Origin: an uncultured bacterium
GTDB taxonomy: Bacteria > Oederibacteriota > JAAXVQ01 > JAUVAV01
NCBI GenBank assembly: GCA_963710755.1
Contig: CAVQBK010000001.1
Coordinates: forward strand, 224,001 to 288,000
DNA length: 64,000 nt
Direction of reading: 5' to 3'
A model generated the notes under the pieces. The model was not told the origin of the DNA, searched no databases, and saw nothing but the letters and a program-made list of their open reading frames with translations. Each line of letters opens with the position of its first letter. Positions within the stretch are counted from its first letter, which is position 1. This document shows positions 39,454-48,256 of the stretch, piece by piece. The position numbers were made by a program, and so were the translations under genes.

Positions 39454-41274
39454 ATGTCCCATATTCAAGTTTTACCGGAATCCCTATCCAATTTGATTGC
39501 TGCCGGCGAGGTGGTGGAACGCCCTGCTTCAGTGGTTAAAGAGTTGGTGGAAAACGCCATTGACGCCGGGGCCACCCAAATTGAGATTGAGATCCAACAT
39601 GCCGGCCAAACGCTGATCAAAATCACGGACAATGGCCATGGTATGAATGAAGAAGATGCCCGGCTGGCGTTCATCCGTCATGCCACCAGCAAGGTCCGTC
39701 AAAAGGAAGATCTTCGTCACATCATGACCATGGGGTTTCGCGGGGAAGCGTTGCCTTCCATTGCTGCGGTCTCTAAAGTAACCTTGTCCACCTGCCTGCA
39801 GAACAGTACTCTGGGCGTGGAACTCAGCGTTCACGGCGGACGGGAAGTGACAGCCAAAGCCGTGGGACGCGCATCCGGCACCACCATCATCGTGCGTGAT
39901 CTTTTTTACAATACCCCGGCGCGAAAAAAATTCCTTAAAAGTGCTGCCACCGAACAAGGCCATATCACCCAACTGGTGGAGCACATGGCGATCGTCCATT
40001 TGGCCCTTGGCTTTAGCTATAAAGTCGATCACCGGGTGGTCCTGCAATGCACACCAGCTTCGGATTTAAGGGAGCGGCTGGCTGCGATCTACCATAAAGC
40101 CCTGCCCGAACCTTTATACCAAGTGGAACAAGAGGCGGGTGGGGTCTGGGTAAAGGGATTGGTGGCCGGTCCTCAAGTGGTTCGGCCTACGCGGCAAAAC
40201 ATTAAACTCTTCGTCAACCAGCGACCTATTGAGCATAGAAGCCTGACCCATGCGGTGGTGCAGGCCTACCGCACTTTAATTCCGGAGGGGAAATTTCCTA
40301 CGGCCTTCCTTCTGATCACCATGCCTCCTGAATTGGTGGATGTCAACGTCCATCCTGCCAAAAGAGAAGTGAAATTCCAGGATGAGTCGGCCATGCACCA
40401 GGTCGTTTACCGGGCGGTCAAAAATGCCTTGCAACAGCTCCAAACTATTTCTGCCAACCCACAGCCTCAGGGAGACAAAACTGGATTGACCGGTTCCGGC
40501 CAGGATGAAGATTATCAACGGCAGTCCCTCAATCTCAACTGGTCCGGGTCCAGGATCAAAGAATCCGTCGCCACCTATTATCGTCAAGCCGCACCTGCCG
40601 GCCGTACCCCGCAGTACTTTCCTAGGGAAAACACCATGCAGCAGGAACCCGGTGTCCGAGTCCCGCCGACGGGGGAGAACAAATCGTCTCCCTCATCGGG
40701 CCTGCGTATCCTGGGCCAGGTGGGCAGTATGTTTATTGCCGGGGAAGATGAAGAGGGCTTTTTTTTGGTGGATCAACATGCGGCTCATGAACGCCTGATT
40801 TACGAAGCTCTTAAAAAAAAGGGACCCGAAGGGACTGCCCGGCAACCGTTACTGTTGCCGATCACCTTTGAAAGCACCCCTTCCGACCAACCCCGGCTTA
40901 TGGCCTTACTAGAGTATTTTGCCCATCTTGGCGTGGAGATTTCACCTCTGGGCGGTACCACCTTCACCATACAATCTCAGCCCGCGTTATTGGAAAACCC
41001 CGATTTAAAAGGCCTTATTCAGGATGTACTTGATTACAGCGCCGCCTTTTCCACCTTGCCTGAGCAGGCGGCTTTGGAAGATAAAATCTTAATCAGCATG
41101 GCCTGTCACAGTGCCATCAAAGCCGGGGAAAGACTGCCGCTGGAGACCATGACCAACCTTATCCTTGACATGAAAACAATGCCCCATCTGCCTACTTGCC
41201 CTCATGGCCGGCCTACCATGTTCCGCCTGACCTGGGGAGATCTGGAAAAACTCTTCAAACGCGATTACCGCTGA
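39454..41274 (+). CDS. mutL: DNA mismatch repair endonuclease MutL
   Basis: IAAGEVVERPASVVKELVEN, GFRGEAL, DVNVHPAK, endonuclease DQHAAHER, ACH, CPHGRP. Confidence 0.97.
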   Translation: MSHIQVLPESLSNLIAAGEVVERPASVVKELVENAIDAGATQIEIEIQHAGQTLIKITDNGHGMNEEDARLAFIRHATSKVRQKEDLRHIMTMGFRGEALPSIAAVSKVTLSTCLQNSTLGVELSVHGGREVTAKAVGRASGTTIIVRDLFYNTPARKKFLKSAATEQGHITQLVEHMAIVHLALGFSYKVDHRVVLQCTPASDLRERLAAIYHKALPEPLYQVEQEAGGVWVKGLVAGPQVVRPTRQNIKLFVNQRPIEHRSLTHAVVQAYRTLIPEGKFPTAFLLITMPPELVDVNVHPAKREVKFQDESAMHQVVYRAVKNALQQLQTISANPQPQGDKTGLTGSGQDEDYQRQSLNLNWSGSRIKESVATYYRQAAPAGRTPQYFPRENTMQQEPGVRVPPTGENKSSPSSGLRILGQVGSMFIAGEDEEGFFLVDQHAAHERLIYEALKKKGPEGTARQPLLLPITFESTPSDQPRLMALLEYFAHLGVEISPLGGTTFTIQSQPALLENPDLKGLIQDVLDYSAAFSTLPEQAALEDKILISMACHSAIKAGERLPLETMTNLILDMKTMPHLPTCPHGRPTMFRLTWGDLEKLFKRDYR

Positions 41275-42236
41275 TGACGGCGTCATTATCCCAAGCACCG
41301 GTCATTGTGATCGCCGGGCCTACAGCCTCCGGCAAAAGTGCTTTTGCCGTTGAACTGGCCAAACGTCTGGGAGGCGAAATTATTTCCGCTGATTCCCGTC
41401 AGGTTTATCGCGACATCAACCTGGGAACGGGCAAACCGCCTGAACGTCTACTGCGCCAAGTACCGCATCACATGATCTCTACTCTGCCACTCACCGAGCC
41501 CATGAGCGCAGACCAGTACGCCTCTCAAGCTTATGGCTTGATCCAGACCCTGTCCCAACAAGGTAAACCCAGCCTGGTGGTCGGCGGCAGCGGCCTTTGG
41601 ATCCGGGCCTTGATTGACGGCTTGGCCCCCTTGCCCCCTAAAGACGACCACTTCCGTGCCACTAAAAAAGTTTGGAGTCAGACTCACGGCGGACCGCAGG
41701 CCCTTTATCAGGAATTGTCGGCCCTGGACCCTGAGACTGCCGATGGCATTAATCCTCACGATGAACTACGCATAATCCGGGCCCTTGAAATCTATCACCT
41801 CACCGGAGAACAACCTTCCCAGCTCAAGTCAAAAAAAAACAGCCGGCCCGCCTTGAATGCCATTTGGTTGGGACTGGACCACCCCCGGGAGGACCTTTAC
41901 CGACGAGCCGAAACCAATGTGGATCTTTGGCTGGCCCAAGGGTGGGTAAAAGAAGTGGAGCACTTGCTTAGGTCCATTCCCCAAGCACTGGAACAACCAG
42001 GATGCAAGGCCATTGGCATCCAGCCAATTGTGGACTACCTAAGTCATCGCTGCAGCTATGATGAAAGTGTGGCCCTGATCAAACGCGATACCCGGCGCTA
42101 TATTAAGCGCCAGCTAACCTGGTTCAAAAAAAATCAACGCCTACTTTGGCTCAGGCCTCATGAACTCCTACTGGCCTATGACCATATCCAGCGTTGGATG
42201 GCCAATCGCCCTCCCATCCTTCCTCTGCGATCTTGA
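41274..42236 (+). CDS. miaA: tRNA dimethylallyltransferase
   Basis: GPTASGKS, IISADSRQVY, GGSGLW, RALE, KRQLTWF; ATG overlaps mutL stop (TGATG). Confidence 0.95.
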   Translation: MTASLSQAPVIVIAGPTASGKSAFAVELAKRLGGEIISADSRQVYRDINLGTGKPPERLLRQVPHHMISTLPLTEPMSADQYASQAYGLIQTLSQQGKPSLVVGGSGLWIRALIDGLAPLPPKDDHFRATKKVWSQTHGGPQALYQELSALDPETADGINPHDELRIIRALEIYHLTGEQPSQLKSKKNSRPALNAIWLGLDHPREDLYRRAETNVDLWLAQGWVKEVEHLLRSIPQALEQPGCKAIGIQPIVDYLSHRCSYDESVALIKRDTRRYIKRQLTWFKKNQRLLWLRPHELLLAYDHIQRWMANRPPILPLRS

Positions 42237-42287
42237 ACCCTACACTTAATTCCTGTTGCAAAAAGAGCAGCGTTTTAGCTTACGCGA

Positions 42288-42441
42288 TTGGCAAGGATAG
42301 CGGCCATACCCTTGAGCAGCCGAAAAACATATTTGCAGGGTACAGGCATCTCTTCTGCTAAAGTTTCGGAGGTCAAAGGTCTAAACCTTGCGAATAGCTG
42401 TTTTTCAATACTGCTCAAAGTTGAGATCGACCTCCCTGCCA
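42288..42441 (+). ncRNA. Candidate rod-shaped structured RNA or hairpin element (unassigned)
   Basis: Outer stem tggcaagga/tccctgcca, roughly 14-nt bubble on each side, inner imperfect stem 42312-42341 / 42385-42418 with G-U pairs favouring the + strand. Confidence 0.35.
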
Positions 42442-42536
42442 GACATTTTGCTGACATGGTCTTTACGTAAGCGGAAGGCGTTTAAGTCCAGGCCTGCCTT
42501 TACCGATCCTGAGATGGGGGATGGGGGAGGTCCGCC

Positions 42537-43016
42537 ATGAGCGATGAAGTCAAGATCATGGAAGAAATCCGGGCTTTGTTTGGACTTGCTCTATATAACA
42601 GTCAACTTTTGGAAAAACAACTCATCCGTATGATCTTTGCGGCCAACCTGCAGGGCAAGCTTATCCAGAGTAATACAGACCTTAAAGAACGCTTCGAACA
42701 TTGCTTTAATCATACCTTGGCCCTGCTTCTCAATGACATGAAATTAACCTATGCTTTTGACGGGCATTTGGTGAACCACATCCACCACAGTCTTGATTTG
42801 CGCAACCGGTTTTCTTACAAATATTTGAGCAAGCAGACCAAAGAGCTCTTTTCTACTGAAGGAAGAATGACCATTTTAAAAGAGCTGGAAGAAGCCAGCC
42901 TTTATTACACCCAGACTAATCACTTACTCCGGGAGTGTCTTGACCATTATTTGGCCGACCATGGCATGGACCACCATCAACTGGAGCAAACCATAGCCGC
43001 TACATTTAAATCTTAG
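42537..43016 (+). CDS. Hypothetical helical protein (possible degenerate HEPN-like)
   Basis: SD GGAGG; 159 aa; LRNRFSY where HEPN-like proteins have RNxxxH. Confidence 0.65.
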   Translation: MSDEVKIMEEIRALFGLALYNSQLLEKQLIRMIFAANLQGKLIQSNTDLKERFEHCFNHTLALLLNDMKLTYAFDGHLVNHIHHSLDLRNRFSYKYLSKQTKELFSTEGRMTILKELEEASLYYTQTNHLLRECLDHYLADHGMDHHQLEQTIAATFKS

Positions 43017-43070
43017 TTGCATTCAATCTAATTCCTGCTTATTTCGGCACATAAGCTACCAATTTGGGAC

Positions 43071-43099
43071 TTGTCATTAAAAGTTATTTGTGGTATTTC
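43071..43099 (+). promoter_or_regulatory. Possible sigma70 promoter for superoxide reductase
   Basis: TTGTCA-N17-TATTTC with extended TG. Confidence 0.35.
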
Positions 43100-43140
43100 A
43101 TTAAAAACATAACCTGACCCAAAAAGGAGCACTCCCCACC

Positions 43141-43530
43141 ATGATGGAGAAAAAAAAGGTTTATCATTGTAAACATTGCGGCAATTTGGTCGAATCCTTG
43201 TGGAACGGTAAGGTCGATGTGGTTTGCTGCGGGGAACCCATGCAAGCGCTTTCCCCGAACAGCGTGGATGCTGCCCATGAAAAACATGTGCCCGTTGTCA
43301 CACGCAGCGGCGACCAAGTTACGGTTAAAGTAGGCGCCACCCCCCATCCCATGACCCCTGACCATTACATTCTTTTTGTGGAATTGCTGCAGGGCCAAAA
43401 GGTCTATCGTCATGACTTCGTAGAAGGTGACCAAGGTGCGGAAGTCACGTTTTGCATACCTGATGACGGCACTGCTTTAGTCGCCAGGGCTTACTGTAAT
43501 TTGCATGGCTTCTGGACCTCCCAATCATAA
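43141..43530 (+). CDS. dfx: Desulfoferrodoxin (2Fe superoxide reductase)
   Basis: CKHCGN...CCGEPM, EKHVP, HPM...HYI, YCNLHG. Confidence 0.95.
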   Translation: MMEKKKVYHCKHCGNLVESLWNGKVDVVCCGEPMQALSPNSVDAAHEKHVPVVTRSGDQVTVKVGATPHPMTPDHYILFVELLQGQKVYRHDFVEGDQGAEVTFCIPDDGTALVARAYCNLHGFWTSQS

Positions 43531-43598
43531 AAGTTTGTGAACCCTACCCGGGATTTGTTTCATCTCAGTGATAAAACAAGGCCCCATACGCCGGAGGC

Positions 43599-43979
43599 AT
43601 GATGACCATTTCTGACTTTATGACCCTGTTTGAAAAGCTAGGCCCCTTTGACTTAAGAGAAGCTGACAGCCAGCATGCTGATTTGGTAGTTGAAAACGAT
43701 CAGCTTGATGCCTGGATTAACCTGTTGGACCAGCATTTGGGCTCTCCCCTAAAAAAAACAGGCGAAGCCGTTAATTTCGACGCCAAAAAATTAACCAAGG
43801 CTTTTGGGGGCATTCAAAAGAATCAGACCCTATATGTCAAATCCTATGAAACGCACCATCTTATGGCCATGCTCTGGCCATGGCAAAATAACCGGCATAC
43901 CACGCTTAAACTGTTTCATATCACCGTGGAAGAAATGGATAAAATGCAAAAACCAGGCCTTTTTTCTACATCAAACTAG
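43599..43979 (+). CDS. Hypothetical protein
   Basis: 126-aa ORF with SD GGAGG; GGIQKNQTLY and WPWQ motifs, function unknown. Confidence 0.7.
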   Translation: MMTISDFMTLFEKLGPFDLREADSQHADLVVENDQLDAWINLLDQHLGSPLKKTGEAVNFDAKKLTKAFGGIQKNQTLYVKSYETHHLMAMLWPWQNNRHTTLKLFHITVEEMDKMQKPGLFSTSN

Positions 43980-44106
43980 TATGGCCAATATTATCAATTA
44001 GGGTCTTTGAACTTCTCATCCAATTTGTAGCCAACGCGCATAGACTCTGAAGTGGTTGCATCTAATTGGTTATGTTTCCTGGGATGACAGATCGGGGGAG
44101 GGAACA

Positions 44107-44811
44107 ATGAAAAACCATCACCAATTTGGCGGTTTTCCAAAAGAAGGACTTCGTTTTTTAAGTGAGCTCAAATACAACAACAATCCACAATGGTTTCATG
44201 CCCATAAAGATGTTTATCTGGACAATTTGCTCAAACCTGCCCAACAATTTGTTGAAGCCTTTGGTCAATTGCTGAGAAAAAATGTATCCAAAAAAATAGT
44301 GGCTGATCCACGTCCCAATGGCGGTTCCATCTTTCGTATCTACAGGGACATCCGTTTTAGCAAAGACAAGACCCCCTACAAGACCCATGTGGGTATCTTG
44401 CTTTGGGAGGACCGGCAGGGAAAGAAGCTGGATTCCCCCGGCATTTATTTCCATTTGGAGGATCAGGGAGCCCAAGTGCATGTGGGCCAGTTTGAATTTC
44501 CCAGATCCAGACTCGATCATTATCGTAAAATGGTGGCCCACCCCAAATGGGGGCCGGCTTTGGTCAAAGTTATCGATGAGTTGACCAACAATAACAAATA
44601 TGTCATTAATGGCGAACAGTTTAAAACTGTGCCACGCGACTATCCTCCAGATCATCCCCGGGCCCAATTGTTAAAATACAAAGGGCTTTATGCCAGCTCC
44701 CCTTGGCTTTCCTCCGTAATTCTCACCCAATCCAAACTTCCTGAAGTTTGTCTGGCCCATTGCCAGCATATGGTGCCCTTGTTTGAATGGTTGACCAAGG
44801 TCAAGATATAA
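44107..44811 (+). CDS. DUF2461 / TIGR02453-family protein
   Basis: FLSELKYNNN..WF, SIFRIYRDIRFSKDKTPYK, VPRDYPPDHP; ATG 44107 behind SD GGAGG. Confidence 0.88.
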   Translation: MKNHHQFGGFPKEGLRFLSELKYNNNPQWFHAHKDVYLDNLLKPAQQFVEAFGQLLRKNVSKKIVADPRPNGGSIFRIYRDIRFSKDKTPYKTHVGILLWEDRQGKKLDSPGIYFHLEDQGAQVHVGQFEFPRSRLDHYRKMVAHPKWGPALVKVIDELTNNNKYVINGEQFKTVPRDYPPDHPRAQLLKYKGLYASSPWLSSVILTQSKLPEVCLAHCQHMVPLFEWLTKVKI

Positions 44812-44825
44812 TAGGGAAATTCAGA

Positions 44826-45161
44826 TCAGACCGAAGGGTCCTCATTCAGGACAGCATCAATATGCGCGCTCAAGGCGGCAATGGCCTCGGGTGCGATACC
44901 AGATGGTTGGCCCAGTGGCAAGTCAATTTCATTTTCCGGACGTTGTGCACGCAGCCGGAACACCTCATCAGCCAGATTGATGGCTGTCAAAATGCTGATT
45001 TTAAGCGGTTGGGCCACATTGGAACGGCTCCCGATTTCATTCATTTTCCCATTTACATAGGCCGCCAATTTTTGAATATAGGCTTCGTCCGCCTCTCCGC
45101 GGATGGTATATTCATTTCCTAAAATAGTCACTTTGACGGCTTTGGCATCACGGTTCGTCAT
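44826..45161 (-). CDS. zapA: Cell division protein ZapA
   Basis: VTILGNEYTIR, YIQKLAAYVNGKM, ILTAINLADE; position after pheT. Confidence 0.9.
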   Translation of the reverse strand: MTNRDAKAVKVTILGNEYTIRGEADEAYIQKLAAYVNGKMNEIGSRSNVAQPLKISILTAINLADEVFRLRAQRPENEIDLPLGQPSGIAPEAIAALSAHIDAVLNEDPSV

Positions 45162-45435
45162 GGGTACGCTCCAAAAGTCTCTTTTCTGCCAGTTGCAATT
45201 CGTCCAGTACTTTTCCCACCACGGTCTTGATTTTCTTGCGTTCTTTTTTCAGAAGTTCCAGTTCCCGGTCTTTGGCTTGGATCTCCACCCGGGAAGGCGC
45301 CTGTTCTCCACGATGGAGGCGTTCCATTTCCGCTGCTTTAGTGCGCCAGTGCGTAACTTCAAGCCGTGCTTGTTTTAGCGCATTGATGAGCATGTCCACC
45401 CGTTTTACCAAAAGCGTCCAATCTTCGGTTGACAC
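45148..45435 (-). CDS. ZapB-like coiled-coil protein
   Basis: 95-aa charged coiled coil between pheT and zapA. Confidence 0.6.
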   Translation of the reverse strand: MSTEDWTLLVKRVDMLINALKQARLEVTHWRTKAAEMERLHRGEQAPSRVEIQAKDRELELLKKERKKIKTVVGKVLDELQLAEKRLLERTHDEP

Positions 45436-45509
45436 TGCAGCCCTCCCAATTCAAAGTTCCATATTTAGAGATGTGGTGTTTCAGTCCTGGTACCAGGAGA
45501 TTAAGGTTT

Positions 45510-47924
45510 TCAGCGTAGCTGGGCACTAAAATCTTTTTGCAGTTTCTCGATAATGGATGCCTGAATGTCATTGATCTCTTCTTCCTTAAGAGTCCGATTG
45601 GCATCCTGAAACGTCAGGGAAAAGGCCAGGCTTTTGGTGCCCGAAGCCAAAGCATCGCTTTTATACTGGTCAAAGGGAATGACAGAGGTTAACAGCCCTG
45701 TCCCGTTTTTTTTGATTTTCTTAACCACTTCACCGGCCAGAGTGTCTTCGGGTACTGCAATCGCAATATCGCGCTTGATGGCTGGAAAACGCGGATAAGA
45801 CTTGATTTTACGCTGGGAAGGCCATCGCTCCGCTAATATCTCCAAATTCAGTTCCGCGGCGACGACCAGGCCTCTTAATTTTAATTGATCCTGAATCTCA
45901 GGATGTAGCGCTCCTATCCACCCCAAGGGCTTTTTATCGGCGGTTTGGATTTCAAAGCAGACAAGGGGATGCAGGAAAGGATATTCCTCGGGCACAAACC
46001 GCGGGCCGGGAAGTGCCAATTGCTGAAATAAGGCTTCCACCGTGCCTTTCAATTCATAAAAATCCATTTCTTTCTGCTTTTTTCCGGTCTGCCAATAGAG
46101 CGGTTCCTTGGGTCCGGATATCATCAATCCTAAATGGGCCGGTTCCTCTGGCAGTTGGTTCTCGGTAGTAGGGATGAACACGGCACCGCTTTCAAACAGT
46201 TTGATGCGATCCTGACCACGGCGGACATTATAGGTGAGGGTTTCCAAGAGCCCAGGCATCACGCTGGGTCGCATGGTGGACAGGGCTTCACTAAGCGGAT
46301 TACGCAACTTCACCACTTTGCGCCAGGGATGATCAGACGATAACCGCAATAGGTCCTGGTAACGAGGATCAATAAAGCTATAGGTAATGATCTCATTAAA
46401 ACCTTCTTCCATACAAATGGTTCGGCAGCGCTTTACCAGGGTTTGCTTGGGATCCTGAACCGGCGCCACCATGGCCACCAGCGGCGGTTTGACCGGTAGT
46501 TGGTCATAGCCGATAAGTTGGGCAATATCTTCTATCATATCCTGTTCCAGGGATACATCATGGCGAAAGGGAGGCACCTGGTAGATATCCTGAACACCCT
46601 GGCTAACTAGAACATAGCCTAAACGGTTGAACATGGCTTGCAGGTTCTGTGGCTCGACTTCCACTCCCAGCAAGCGCGTGGCTTTCTCCGGCCTGAAAAC
46701 AATGCTGCGTGGTTCATAAGGCTGGGGATAGTAGTCCACTACCCCTTGCAGGATGGTGCCACCTGCAAGCTCCTTGATCATTTGCGCACAGAGATCCAAG
46801 GCCAGTCGCAAGCCAGCTTCCGGATCCACGCCGCGTTCAAAGCGGTAGGAGGAATCGGAGGTGGTATTGGTGATTTTGACGGTTTGGCGTACCTGCTTTG
46901 GGTCAAACCAAGCTGCTTCCAGTACAATGGTTTTAGTTTGTTCATTGACTTCCGACCCCATGCCGCCCATCACCCCGGCCAAGGCCACCGGTCCTTGTCC
47001 ATCGGCAATAACCAGTTCCTCACCGGTAAGTTCATGGCGTACACCATCAAGGGTGGTAATGATCTCCTGGGCACGGCTTTTACGTGCGATGATCCGGGCA
47101 TCTTTCAATAAAGCCTGGTCAAAAGCATGCAGCGGATGGCCCAGTCCAAGAAGCACCACATTGGTGGCATCCACCACATTATTGACCGAACGCTGGCCGA
47201 CTTTTTGCAGTTGTTGCCGCAACCAGGCAGGGGAGGGTGCAATGGTCACGTCCTGAATCACACGACAACAGTAGCGCCGACAGCCTGACCCGGGTTCAAT
47301 GTCCACCTGAATCTGACTTGAGGCCGGCTGGCTGTCTTCCTTCAAATTAATATCGGGCAAAATAAAAGGCCGGCCTAAAACCGCGGCCAGATGACGGGCC
47401 AGCCCCATATGGGACAGGCAGTCCGAGCGGTTGGGCGTAACTTCAATCTCAAAAATGACGTCGTCCTGGTCCAGAAGACCGGCGACCTCCGTACCTATAG
47501 GGGTATCGCCAGGGAAATGCATAATGCCTGCGGCTTCGTCGGCTATGCCCAATTCTTTTTCCGAACAGAGCATCCCCTGCGATTCCTGCCCGCGGATTTT
47601 GGTTTTTTTTATGGCCAGCCCACCGGGCAACACAGCACCTTCCAAAGCCACAGGTACGAGGTCATTGACTTGTATATTCTTGGCGCCGCATACAATACGC
47701 AGGCGTTCTCCAGGAATCTCCACTTCCGTCAGTTGCAACTTGTCCGCATTAGGGTGAGGCTTAACGTCGAGCAATCGGCCCACCACCACCTTGGCCAACC
47801 CCTGCCGTTGATCATGAATCCCGGAAACTTCCAAGCCGCTCATGGTAATGCGATGAGCCAGTTCCTCAGGGCTCAACCCACTCAACTCCACAAATTGTTG
47901 CAACCATTTTAACGATACCAGCAC
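45510..47924 (-). CDS. pheT: Phenylalanine--tRNA ligase beta subunit
   Basis: HPNADKL, IVCGAKN, SQGMLCS, TPNRSDCLS, RFERGVD, FPAIKRD; SD AGGAGG, GTG start. Confidence 0.97.
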   Translation of the reverse strand: MLVSLKWLQQFVELSGLSPEELAHRITMSGLEVSGIHDQRQGLAKVVVGRLLDVKPHPNADKLQLTEVEIPGERLRIVCGAKNIQVNDLVPVALEGAVLPGGLAIKKTKIRGQESQGMLCSEKELGIADEAAGIMHFPGDTPIGTEVAGLLDQDDVIFEIEVTPNRSDCLSHMGLARHLAAVLGRPFILPDINLKEDSQPASSQIQVDIEPGSGCRRYCCRVIQDVTIAPSPAWLRQQLQKVGQRSVNNVVDATNVVLLGLGHPLHAFDQALLKDARIIARKSRAQEIITTLDGVRHELTGEELVIADGQGPVALAGVMGGMGSEVNEQTKTIVLEAAWFDPKQVRQTVKITNTTSDSSYRFERGVDPEAGLRLALDLCAQMIKELAGGTILQGVVDYYPQPYEPRSIVFRPEKATRLLGVEVEPQNLQAMFNRLGYVLVSQGVQDIYQVPPFRHDVSLEQDMIEDIAQLIGYDQLPVKPPLVAMVAPVQDPKQTLVKRCRTICMEEGFNEIITYSFIDPRYQDLLRLSSDHPWRKVVKLRNPLSEALSTMRPSVMPGLLETLTYNVRRGQDRIKLFESGAVFIPTTENQLPEEPAHLGLMISGPKEPLYWQTGKKQKEMDFYELKGTVEALFQQLALPGPRFVPEEYPFLHPLVCFEIQTADKKPLGWIGALHPEIQDQLKLRGLVVAAELNLEILAERWPSQRKIKSYPRFPAIKRDIAIAVPEDTLAGEVVKKIKKNGTGLLTSVIPFDQYKSDALASGTKSLAFSLTFQDANRTLKEEEINDIQASIIEKLQKDFSAQLR

Positions 47925-48256
47925 TTTTTATCCTCCTAATGTGCGTCCATAACTTAACTATGCCTACCCCGTAGTGTCTTTTCACTGCCAAGGTTCAAGG
48001 AATTTGCCCATACTATCCGGTCCAGCCCATAAAATCAATGAAAATTAGAGGGACAAAGGACAAATTCACCCTTGCCTGTGTTAACATTTGCAAGAAATGC
48101 TGTTGTTTAAATTTTTCAAATCATCTACAATAGCCACCGTTCCCTGTGGCTTCGACTTAAACGGGCAGGGGCCATTATAATCAAGTTATTCAAACTAATT
48201 ATCATCCGCATCGTTTTAGAAACCATTTTTGTGAAACACATGGAAAGGTCGTCGAC

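Noticed and set aside
42275-42470. Two 60-aa ORFs on opposite strands after miaA (possible hfq)
   Set aside because: No Sm/Hfq motifs or SD; region better explained by the inverted-repeat structure
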